From a virus (lineage: Duplodnaviria; Caudoviricetes): 34,929 nt of DNA. Numbering within the stretch: position 1 is the stretch's first letter; each line of letters starts with the position of its first letter. The notes below the pieces were generated by a model. It was not told where the DNA came from. It was given only the letters and a program-made list of their open reading frames with translations, and did no database searches. Shown in pieces: positions 1 to 6,819 of the stretch. The translations under genes and the position numbers were made by a program. The DNA is taken from IMG/VR virus record IMGVR_UViG_3300022307_000008, positions 1 to 34,929 of that record. One strand, given 5' to 3'.

Positions 1-175
1 CTCCGTCCATCCATTTTCCAGTTAACATGTTAACTTTGAATGAACCCACTGAACTATCTGCCCTGGTAGGATTCAAGGCTGACCATTCATTGCCTTCTCG
101 CTTCCCGTTTGGAAGCCATTGCATTATGTATAATAATCCTACTGTTTTAGCTCGTTCAAATAAGTTGTCTTGCAT
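1..175 (-). CDS. DNA primase-like protein, N-terminal part (truncated by window edge)
   Basis: Manual translation MQDNLFERAKTVGLLYIMQWLPNGKREGNEWSALNPTRADSSVGSFKVNMLTGKWMDG. The WLPxGKRxGxEW..NPTRAD...GSFKVN..TGKW.D pattern resembles phage primase N-terminal domains. The ATG overlaps the upstream stop (TAATG). Confidence 0.7.
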   Translation of the reverse strand, partial: MQDNLFERAKTVGLLYIMQWLPNGKREGNEWSALNPTRADSSVGSFKVNMLTGKWMDG

Positions 176-354
176 TATAGCTCCGTGTTGTTATTATCAC
201 TAAAATATTCTGAAATCAATTCTTTGAATTTTTCATAATCATTTGATCCTATTCTTAATTCATGTTTATATTTTTTTCGTTCATAAGATTTTCCTAATTT
301 ATACCAAACGATACTATTGATAACCAACGCAATAAACATTATAAAATTTTCCAT
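175..354 (-). CDS. small hypothetical protein with N-terminal TM helix
   Basis: ORF track 175..369. A GGAGG RBS favours the MENFIMF start at 354. Hydrophobic N-terminus. Confidence 0.6.
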   Translation of the reverse strand: MENFIMFIALVINSIVWYKLGKSYERKKYKHELRIGSNDYEKFKELISEYFSDNNNTEL

Positions 355-369
355 ATTTCCTCCAGGCAT

Positions 370-407
370 AAAAAAAACCGCATGAGCGAGGCGGCGCTAC
401 ATGCGGT
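370..407 (-). terminator. intrinsic terminator / attenuator
   Basis: GC-rich stem accgcatg..catgcggt followed by eight U on the minus strand. Confidence 0.75.
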
Positions 408-454
408 AGGAGATTGTACATGATCACCGCCTCATTTTGATCATTTACAATCTA
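370..454 (-). ncRNA. structured leader/small RNA: two hairpins with complementary loops
   Basis: Stems 411-426/438-453 and 377-388/395-407. Segments 427-433 (ccgcctc) and 388-394 (gaggcgg) are exact reverse complements. A promoter lies immediately upstream and a U8 tract immediately downstream. Confidence 0.65.
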
Positions 455-459
455 TATTA

Positions 460-488
460 AATATACATAATTTTTATTTATCTGTCAA
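460..488 (-). promoter_or_regulatory. sigma70-type promoter
   Basis: TTGACA-17 nt-TATATT on the minus strand. Confidence 0.7.
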
Positions 489-647
489 GCAATAAGTAGC
501 ATATTTTGTTTGATAAAATCCACCACGCTTTAAATAATTTATGATTTCTTCTCTTGATTTGTCTTTGTATGTTAACTGTATGCAATCAACTGCGTAATTT
601 TCACTTATTGATCTTGATACATCGTTTGAAAGTCTGTAGTATGTCAT
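474..647 (-). CDS. hypothetical protein
   Basis: ORF track 474..671. GGGAGG RBS and ATGA coupling favour a start at 647. Confidence 0.55.
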   Translation of the reverse strand: MTYYRLSNDVSRSISENYAVDCIQLTYKDKSREEIINYLKRGGFYQTKYATYCLTDK

Positions 648-814
648 GGCAACCTCCCTAAAATTAGACAAACATCAGCGATAGAAAATGCAGAAGCTAA
701 AACAAGTATTGCAAAAAGAATAATTTCTTTCGCTTCAGATTTTGTTCTTACTACTTGCATTAAAAAACTTACCAATACTGCTGTTATTACTAATAAAAAA
801 ACTAATGCTATCAT
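644..814 (-). CDS. small two-TM membrane protein (56 aa)
   Basis: Manual: MIALVFLLVITAVLVSFLMQVVRTKSEAKEIILFAILVLASAFSIADVCLILGRLP. ATGA overlaps at both ends. Confidence 0.55.
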   Translation of the reverse strand: MIALVFLLVITAVLVSFLMQVVRTKSEAKEIILFAILVLASAFSIADVCLILGRLP

Positions 815-1002
815 GATTTCTCCTTTCTATTATCAGTCTTATAAAATCCTCTGCCTTTAAAAATCACGCCTACACTACCAGGAATTAACTTGGTAAGTTT
901 TCCGGTGTGGCATACAGGGCATATCTCTCTTGGCTTATCTGTTATTGATTGCAAGATTTCGATTTTTCCGCATCTTGTGCAGTTGTATTCATAGATTGGC
1001 AT
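811..1002 (-). CDS. FmdB-family zinc-ribbon protein
   Basis: MPIYEYxCxxCG...CPxC....FKGxGFYxTD signature. Confidence 0.85.
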   Translation of the reverse strand: MPIYEYNCTRCGKIEILQSITDKPREICPVCHTGKLTKLIPGSVGVIFKGRGFYKTDNRKEKS

Positions 1003-1176
1003 TTATTCACTCCTACAAGTTTGTATTTGTTTACAATACATTCTCCAAAAAGATAGAAATTTTATATTGTGCCTTTTTCTTGAAATGTATATTGAATATA
1101 AAAACCTTTCTTGTTTTGTTGAAACTGGTGATTCTATATAATAATCAAATTCGTCAACCATCGTTTTATATTTCAT
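1003..1176 (-). CDS. hypothetical protein (57 aa)
   Basis: Manual: MKYKTMVDEFDYYIESP...; AAGGAG RBS; stop abuts the FmdB ATG. Confidence 0.45.
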   Translation of the reverse strand: MKYKTMVDEFDYYIESPVSTKQERFLYSIYISRKRHNIKFLSFWRMYCKQIQTCRSE

Positions 1177-1339
1177 TTCTTCGCTCCTTTATATATTCAA
1201 CAAGAAAACAAATTCGTCTTAAATCCTTATTATCTGTAAGTTGTCCGCTAAATCTATTGTCTTTTTCATATAGCCTTGCAGCCCTTTTAAAACAATCTTC
1301 TAGAGATTCCCTTGGAAATAAATCTAAAAAACTTTTCAT
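1166..1339 (-). CDS. hypothetical protein (57 aa)
   Basis: Manual: MKSFLDLFPRESLEDCFKRAARLYEKD...; AAGGAG RBS; ATGA coupling. Confidence 0.5.
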   Translation of the reverse strand: MKSFLDLFPRESLEDCFKRAARLYEKDNRFSGQLTDNKDLRRICFLVEYIKERRNEI

Positions 1340-1431
1340 TTCTTACTCCTTGCCTGATAAATTACATAGGATGAAACACCAACAAGCATTATTATTCCGG
1401 TTGATAGTTCTAATAATTGTAATAGGTTCAT
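1336..1431 (-). CDS. single-TM microprotein (31 aa)
   Basis: Manual: MNLLQLLELSTGIIMLVGVSSYVIYQARSKK; ATGA overlaps at both ends. Confidence 0.45.
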   Translation of the reverse strand: MNLLQLLELSTGIIMLVGVSSYVIYQARSKK

Positions 1432-1565
1432 TTATCTTTCTCCAATCGTTCCTTTTTATACTCTTCCATTAAATCTTTTTTATACTGTGAGTATAAATAT
1501 CCTGATAAAGGGAATAAAACAGTTATTACTAAAACAATAATTAAAAATATTATTTCTTCTTTCAT
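1428..1565 (-). CDS. single-TM small protein (45 aa)
   Basis: Manual: MKEEIIFLIIVLVITVLFPLSGYLYSQYKK...; AGGAGG RBS; paralog of 3048..3167. Confidence 0.55.
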   Translation of the reverse strand: MKEEIIFLIIVLVITVLFPLSGYLYSQYKKDLMEEYKKERLEKDK

Positions 1566-1576
1566 AATTCCTCCTG

Positions 1577-2848
1577 TCATTGAAAATAACGATAATCCGA
1601 AACATTACCATGCTTTTTATGAAACAAGTGAGCCTTTGATTTTCTCACAGATCCGAATCCTTTTGATTTTCCCCATGCGCTCAACGCCACCAATGAAGGG
1701 TCAAATTCAACTTGGACTTTTTTAATATCTTCAATATCCTTGAACAACTTTTTCTTGTGGTGTATATGACCATGGAAAAAATAAAAATTCTCAGATGTTG
1801 CCCAATATTTTTTCGCTTCCATTGCCATAATCGATGGAATATCAGCAAGGTTTTCTTTATCTCCGTGACTAAGTCCGATCAGGTTTGATTCCCATGTATA
1901 ATATTTTCTGAATCCTGGTGAACTGTCAACACTAATATGTTTTACAGTTCGATAATATTGTTTCAGAGCTATTCCAAGATAAGACATTCTTTCTGTCCCA
2001 TGATTACCTTTAATTATAACAACGTCAACAGGTGCAATCTGTCCAAACATATTTATTGACCTAATCAATAATTCAAGACCTGTTTCAAATGATTTATGAT
2101 ATCTCGCATCTTCATCCTGTGGTGTTCCGTGTGCGGTTGTATTCGCTTCAGAATTAACATTAAGAAAATCATTACCGGCTATATATAAAATCCTTGAAAC
2201 TTTTTCTTGATTGGCTATATTGCAGAAATATTTCGAGCCTCTCAATAAACTATGCTTGCTTATCTTAATATCCCAGTTATCACCAGCTTCAGGAGCCCAT
2301 GACAACTGTCCATGATGCTGATCGTAAAAACCTACCTTCAACATGTAATCTTCAGGATTTCTCTTGATGATATTAAATTTTTCAATCTTTGGTTTAATAT
2401 TCTTGATTAACTTTTCAAATTTTTCAGCCATCTTTTCAGCTGTTAAATCATCCGGATGTTTTTCTTCAAGCCAAGCTTTGACCTGGAAGTTTTCATTTTT
2501 AAGGCTTCCCCATGAATTAACTATGTGGCGTTTAACTTTCCATTTTTCAAGATCGATCTTACAGAAAGCCAATAATTCATCAAGCGTCCTAATCTTAGCT
2601 GATGTTGATACTATTTCATAGTTTGGACCTTCTTTGGTTCGTTCGATCTTCACTGGTGGCTCTTCTGGCTCTGGCTGAATTCCTGCGATAATATCCAGGT
2701 TTTCAACTGCATACATTAAAAACTTTGCTGTGTTTTCGTTTATGTTTAATGCTTTTGCAATTTTATATCGACCTAACGTCTCACATTTTCTTTTATACTC
2801 TTGGTTAATATTAACCATCTGCTGCCATAAATCAGGTGTTATTTTCAA
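1577..2848 (-). CDS. calcineurin-like metallophosphoesterase with N-terminal HTH-like region
   Basis: Ordered motifs DQHHG, GND, GNH, HGD, GHIHH; N-terminal GRYKIAKALNINENTAK HTH-like segment. Confidence 0.8.
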   Translation of the reverse strand: MKITPDLWQQMVNINQEYKRKCETLGRYKIAKALNINENTAKFLMYAVENLDIIAGIQPEPEEPPVKIERTKEGPNYEIVSTSAKIRTLDELLAFCKIDLEKWKVKRHIVNSWGSLKNENFQVKAWLEEKHPDDLTAEKMAEKFEKLIKNIKPKIEKFNIIKRNPEDYMLKVGFYDQHHGQLSWAPEAGDNWDIKISKHSLLRGSKYFCNIANQEKVSRILYIAGNDFLNVNSEANTTAHGTPQDEDARYHKSFETGLELLIRSINMFGQIAPVDVVIIKGNHGTERMSYLGIALKQYYRTVKHISVDSSPGFRKYYTWESNLIGLSHGDKENLADIPSIMAMEAKKYWATSENFYFFHGHIHHKKKLFKDIEDIKKVQVEFDPSLVALSAWGKSKGFGSVRKSKAHLFHKKHGNVSDYRYFQ

Positions 2849-3061
2849 TTAGTCCTCCTGTAATTTTTCAAATGTTTTTCCAGTTGCTTCATAAATTGCG
2901 CAATTAAGAATATCATGCAAAGCTGCTTGTTCTGGAGATATCAAATCAAATACTTGTGGTCTTTGAATATATTCCATAGAACACATTACAGCGTTAAACA
3001 AAACGTTATAAATCCTTTCAAGCCTATGTATTTTAGTTTCTAAATCTTCAATTGAATTCAT
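2849..3061 (-). CDS. hypothetical protein
   Basis: 70-aa ORF with AGGAG RBS, abutting the next gene. Confidence 0.6.
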   Translation of the reverse strand: MNSIEDLETKIHRLERIYNVLFNAVMCSMEYIQRPQVFDLISPEQAALHDILNCAIYEATGKTFEKLQED

Positions 3062-3167
3062 TCATTTTCTCCTGTTTATATTGTTTATATTTAAAATATA
3101 AATATCCAGGAAGTGGCAATAAAGCAATAATCACAAAACCTGATATAAATAATAATAATTCTGTCAT
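3048..3167 (-). CDS. single-TM small protein (39 aa)
   Basis: Manual: MTELLLFISGFVIIALLPLPGYLYFKYKQYKQEKMNEFN; AGGAGG RBS; paralog of 1428..1565. Confidence 0.5.
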   Translation of the reverse strand: MTELLLFISGFVIIALLPLPGYLYFKYKQYKQEKMNEFN

Positions 3168-3215
3168 TAGTCCTCCTGTACAGATTTTATTCAATGTTCT
3201 TTGTATGAACATAAT

Positions 3216-3500
3216 TCATTCATAATTATCTTTTGAAATAGGTTTACAACAGTAAGGACATAATATAAACCTGCTTTTATCTTCAACAACCTTAATCTTT
3301 CTTAATGATTTTTTCCATGGGCCTTTTATTTTTAATTTATCAGTATAATCCCATTCGTGTTGGTACTTATCTGAAGAAATCCATGTAAAATTCTGTTTTA
3401 CTGGCTTGTTTATATAAATACAAATATTATTGCTTTTATCCTTAGCTGCATAATTCGCCCATGCTGGAACTTGTCCATGTTTTACTTTAAGTTTTTTCAT
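3216..3500 (-). CDS. hypothetical protein with C-terminal CPYC
   Basis: ORF track 3216..3512. ATGA coupling favours the MKKLKVKHG start at 3500. Confidence 0.6.
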   Translation of the reverse strand: MKKLKVKHGQVPAWANYAAKDKSNNICIYINKPVKQNFTWISSDKYQHEWDYTDKLKIKGPWKKSLRKIKVVEDKSRFILCPYCCKPISKDNYE

Positions 3501-3823
3501 TTTGATAACCATCCTTTCTTGTTTTCATTTTCAGAAATAGATAAAGACCCATTTTCTGATGCTATTTTTTTAGTTTCAAAATAGGTTTTTATCTGTTCAT
3601 CCTTTTCATCAATGTAATCCCAGAGATACTCCCATGCCCAAACTATAATTGATATAATAGCTCCAATTAAAATCAACCCTTCAGACACAAATAGCATTAC
3701 AGATAAAATAAGTGATCCTCCATAAGTGTTTATTAAACAAGCTTTGACAGCTTCAATATTTAACCATATTAAAAACAATAATCCAGCCAAAACACATACA
3801 CCATAAATAATTTTTCTAATCAT
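3497..3823 (-). CDS. two-TM membrane protein
   Basis: 108 aa, two hydrophobic segments, AAGGAG RBS. Confidence 0.6.
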   Translation of the reverse strand: MIRKIIYGVCVLAGLLFLIWLNIEAVKACLINTYGGSLILSVMLFVSEGLILIGAIISIIVWAWEYLWDYIDEKDEQIKTYFETKKIASENGSLSISENENKKGWLSK

Positions 3824-3871
3824 TCAACAACTCCTTGATTTCTTCCCATGTTTTGCCTTAAGTTTTTTCAT
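3824..3871 (-). pseudogene. collapsed remnant of a paralog of 3216..3500 (15-codon mini-ORF)
   Basis: MKKLKAKHGKKSRSC*. Positions 3846-3871 match 3475-3500 at 24/26 nt. Confidence 0.5.
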
Positions 3872-4038
3872 TATTCATACTCCCTATATGTCTTAACAAT
3901 AAGCCCAACGAGTGCACACATAACTGTATATGGAATTGTAATAATCCAGAATTCAATCGAATCTATTTTAATATTACCTAAATTGCTTATAAGTCCACTA
4001 ACAATCCAACCTAATATACCAAAAATTATTATAATCAT
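3871..4038 (-). CDS. small two-TM membrane protein (55 aa)
   Basis: Manual: MIIIIFGILGWIVSGLISNLG...; GGGAGATTGAT RBS; first gene after promoter 4059-4087. Confidence 0.55.
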   Translation of the reverse strand: MIIIIFGILGWIVSGLISNLGNIKIDSIEFWIITIPYTVMCALVGLIVKTYREYE

Positions 4039-4058
4039 ATCAATCTCCCTTCTATAAT

Positions 4059-4087
4059 AATATACAAAATATTTTATATAATGTCAA
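4059..4087 (-). promoter_or_regulatory. sigma70-type promoter
   Basis: TTGACA-17 nt-TATATT on the minus strand. Confidence 0.7.
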
Positions 4088-4099
4088 GTTAATTCTGTA

Positions 4100-4285
4100 T
4101 TATACAAGCAAATCGACAATTAAACCAATATTATCATCTTTTATTTGTATCCAGTCTGATTCAGTTATTATATTGCCACATTTGCAAAAATGAACGTACG
4201 TCCACCAGGGTACAGATTGTTCAACATTTGCTTTTTGAATCATCTTGCATTCTGGGCACTTTATAATATTTACAATTTTATTCAT
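4100..4285 (-). CDS. small zinc-ribbon protein
   Basis: CPEC...HFCKCG motifs. Confidence 0.6.
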   Translation of the reverse strand: MNKIVNIIKCPECKMIQKANVEQSVPWWTYVHFCKCGNIITESDWIQIKDDNIGLIVDLLV

Positions 4286-4297
4286 AATATTATCCTT

Positions 4298-4693
4298 TCA
4301 AGTTAATTTAACCATATTGCTCTTAATCTTTTCTGCAAAATTTTCACGATCTAAAATTATTCTTATTACATCAATCTGGCTATCTGTAATTTTATCGATC
4401 TTGTTGTTAAACAAAAAAAACAAATCTGATCTTTTTCTATCTGCTGGATCTGTACTTTCTGTAAAATCTTCACCGAATGTACCATAATAAATATCAAGCA
4501 ATTCTGTCTTTTCATCTTCTATCATTTCTGCTTTGTTGAACATTCTTTCTACAAAATTTTTAGATAATCCGAGATGACCTTTCTTTAATGATACAACATA
4601 GGATTTCGTATATCCAAGATTATAAGACAATGTGTTGTGTGATATTTTATTCCTTTTCAAATAACTTTCTATAAAATTTCTTATTCTATTCAT
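4298..4693 (-). CDS. XRE-like HTH transcriptional regulator
   Basis: N-terminal HTH-like ISHNTLSYNLGYTKSYVVSLKKG; same architecture as the neighbouring regulator. Confidence 0.65.
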   Translation of the reverse strand: MNRIRNFIESYLKRNKISHNTLSYNLGYTKSYVVSLKKGHLGLSKNFVERMFNKAEMIEDEKTELLDIYYGTFGEDFTESTDPADRKRSDLFFLFNNKIDKITDSQIDVIRIILDRENFAEKIKSNMVKLT

Positions 4694-4704
4694 TATAAAC
4701 CTTT

Positions 4705-5082
4705 CTAAAGCATTCCATTTAATTCATCTATCAAGTATCCGTTTAATATTTTTTCAATATAAAACTCCTGATCCTTGCTTAATGTCTGAAGCTTACTATA
4801 GAATAACTTGACTATTTCTTGTTTATTTTTATCAAGCGATTCAAGTTTTATTACAATTTCACTTCTGTTTTCAATAACAATTTTCGATATAATTTCCTTA
4901 TCTTCTTCTGATAAATCGAAATTCTCAAAAACTTTATCTGCAAATGTTGGGGTCAATTTTCGCATTCCAGTCTCCATATGAGACAGGTAAGATGTTGATA
5001 CACCCATTTTTTTAGCCATATCAGCCATGCTGATTTCATTATCAATTCGATAATGCTTCATAATTTTTCTGAATTCATTCAT
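4705..5082 (-). CDS. XRE/Cro-CI family HTH transcriptional regulator
   Basis: ISMADMAKKMGVSTSYLSHMETGMR, a classic XRE HTH; AAGGAG RBS before MNEF. Confidence 0.85.
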   Translation of the reverse strand: MNEFRKIMKHYRIDNEISMADMAKKMGVSTSYLSHMETGMRKLTPTFADKVFENFDLSEEDKEIISKIVIENRSEIVIKLESLDKNKQEIVKLFYSKLQTLSKDQEFYIEKILNGYLIDELNGML

Positions 5083-5243
5083 AAAAGCTCCTTTAAATAG
5101 CAAAATAAATTATACAATATGATTTAATAATCTGATTTTGCTATAAATTTTATTTAATAATCCATTAACTAATTATCATATAAGATTTAAAACATTTAAT
5201 AACGTGCTAAATAATAATAATAAGTGTAGATTATCTATAATAT

Positions 5244-5272
5244 ATAGTAATATATTTTCAATTTATAGTCAA
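5244..5272 (-). promoter_or_regulatory. sigma70-type promoter for the HTH regulators
   Basis: TTGACT-17 nt-TACTAT on the minus strand. Confidence 0.55.
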
Positions 5273-5309
5273 GTGTTTTTAACAGTGATTTAATATATAC
5301 ACAATAGGT

Positions 5310-5780
5310 TAACTTTGTAAACCTGAAAACCTGCAAAAACTCACGGAAGTCAAGGCAATCCTGACAAGTCTGACCACCTTGCTTGACTTTTTGTGGACAT
5401 TATAAACCCTTATATAATAATAAAATAATTTTTTTTTAATAATAATATAATAATAAAGTCACGATTTCACGAAATCTTACGACCTACCCTTTATTTAGGG
5501 TCTTACACTATACATATGTTTAGTAATAATATTAAACATAGTGGTCGCGTGTTTTTCAAGATAACCTAACGACCGAAAACCTAACAAAATAGATTTTAAT
5601 TTCTTTTGTTATAGTAAAATAAATTTCTCTGACTTTTTTTGACTTTTTTTTGATTAAATATTATTTACTTATAACATAAATAATTAACCAAATATACAAT
5701 GCAGCGTATTCCTTGACTTTTTTGAGTTTTTAACTAATTACTTATAATAACTGTATTTATGCAATAACCTAACAAGACTT
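5310..5780. repeat. AT-rich non-coding region with short direct and inverted repeats (candidate ori or pac region)
   Basis: AACCTAAC x3, AAACCTG x2, (T/C)ACGA x3, GACTTTTTT x3, TTACTTATAA x2; inverted repeat aagtcaag..cttgactt at 5347-5389. Confidence 0.45.
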
Positions 5781-5791
5781 TAAAAATCCTC

Positions 5792-5820
5792 TTGATTCTG
5801 ATGAAAAAATATTGTATAAT
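5792..5820 (+). promoter_or_regulatory. sigma70-type promoter, probably giving a leaderless terS mRNA
   Basis: TTGATT-17 nt-TATAAT, then 6 nt to ATG 5827 with no SD. Confidence 0.65.
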
Positions 5821-5826
5821 TACGTC

Positions 5827-6342
5827 ATGACTGTAAAACAACAAGCTTTTTGTGAAAATTATATTGCTAATGGATTCACCAACGCTACAAAAGCAGCTCT
5901 TGACGCGGGTTACTCTAAAAAAACAGCCCATTCAATCGGTTGTGAAAACTTATCAAAGCCTGAAGTCAAGGAATATATCAAGCGTAATGTAAAAAAATAC
6001 CTTACCTCTCGCGATCGTCGGGCTGTTAAATTATTACGAATGCTTGAACACGCGAGCGAATTCGATATTCGAAAACTTGGCTCATGGGATGAGGAGGGTG
6101 TTTTACTAAAACCATCTAATGAGCTTGATGATTTAGACGCTCAGATGATTACCGAGATTTATCGATCACGTGATGGATCAATCAGGGTCAAGCTTGTATC
6201 TAAAGAAAAAGCCTGGGAGATGCTTGCGGCGTTTACAAAGCTGATTAACGATAATCCATCCAGTGATGATCAGAAAGAACTCGACGACGAGGCGCGAAAG
6301 GAAAGATTATCTTACCTGCTTGAAAAACTTAATAAAAAATAA
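5827..6342 (+). CDS. terS: terminase small subunit
   Basis: KQQAFCENYI...NATKAALDAGYSKKTAHSIGCENLSKPEVKEYI (Terminase_2-type HTH); upstream of terL. Confidence 0.9.
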   Translation: MTVKQQAFCENYIANGFTNATKAALDAGYSKKTAHSIGCENLSKPEVKEYIKRNVKKYLTSRDRRAVKLLRMLEHASEFDIRKLGSWDEEGVLLKPSNELDDLDAQMITEIYRSRDGSIRVKLVSKEKAWEMLAAFTKLINDNPSSDDQKELDDEARKERLSYLLEKLNKK

Positions 6343-6361
6343 AGTTTTTTTCATGATTTGC

Positions 6362-6390
6362 TTGACTATTTGGCTAATATGTTGTACATT
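6362..6390 (+). promoter_or_regulatory. sigma70-type promoter of an accessory cassette
   Basis: TTGACT-17 nt-TACATT followed by AAGGAGATTGATTATG. Confidence 0.65.
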
Positions 6391-6411
6391 ATAAGTGTAA
6401 GGAGATTGATT

Positions 6412-6570
6412 ATGAAATTAACAAGCCGAAGAAACTTAGCCTTAGAATTAAGTAAAAGACCAGTTAATATTTCAGAAGTAGGAAAAGGATTAAATCAAGT
6501 TGTTAAGATGTGGGAAAGCAGAAAAGAGATTATTATTAAAGATTCTTTTTTATACAGCAACACAAAATAA
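6412..6570 (+). CDS. small hypothetical protein (moron-like)
   Basis: MKLTSRRNLALELSKR..., with its own promoter and RBS. Confidence 0.6.
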   Translation: MKLTSRRNLALELSKRPVNISEVGKGLNQVVKMWESRKEIIIKDSFLYSNTK

Positions 6571-6579
6571 TAAACCAAG

Positions 6580-6597
6580 GGCCGGAGCAATCCGGCC
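6580..6597 (+). other. GC-rich hairpin with GCAA tetraloop
   Basis: ggccgga-gcaa-tccggcc; no clear U tract. Confidence 0.5.
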
Positions 6598-6657
6598 TAA
6601 AATATTTAAACCAAGGAGATTGCAAGAAAGTAGCTCGTAAAATCTGGAGGAGTGGCA

Positions 6658-6819
6658 ATGAAAACAACTACAATGATTAAGGTTTTATTTTGGATAATAT
6701 GTTTTTTGTCTGGTAATCTGGTAAGCCTTGGCAGACCGGCAACTGGAGTATTTTGTTTTATTATCGGAATTGCTGTTTATGTGTTTTCTGAATATTTATT
6801 ATACAAGGAAAAACATTGA
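6658..6819 (+). CDS. small two-TM membrane protein (53 aa)
   Basis: Manual: MKTTTMIKVLFWIICFLSGNLVSLGRPATGVFCFIIGIAVYVFSEYLLYKEKH; GGAGG RBS; stop overlaps the terL TTG. Confidence 0.55.
   Translation: MKTTTMIKVLFWIICFLSGNLVSLGRPATGVFCFIIGIAVYVFSEYLLYKEKH

Noticed and set aside
930-1472. 180-aa plus-strand ORF
   Set aside because: Antisense shadow of a coupled chain of minus-strand genes with SD sites; no RBS and implausible composition.
5310-5780. Possible CRISPR array or tRNA in the long intergenic region
   Set aside because: Repeats are only 5-10 nt and irregular, with no repeat-spacer periodicity and no cloverleaf.
5812-5826. TTG start for terS given in the ORF track
   Set aside because: It overlaps the -10 box; ATG 5827 fits the family N-terminus and the promoter geometry.
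6358-6411. N-terminal extension of the 70-aa ORF
   Set aside because: Covers the promoter and RBS; ATG 6412 is the better start.
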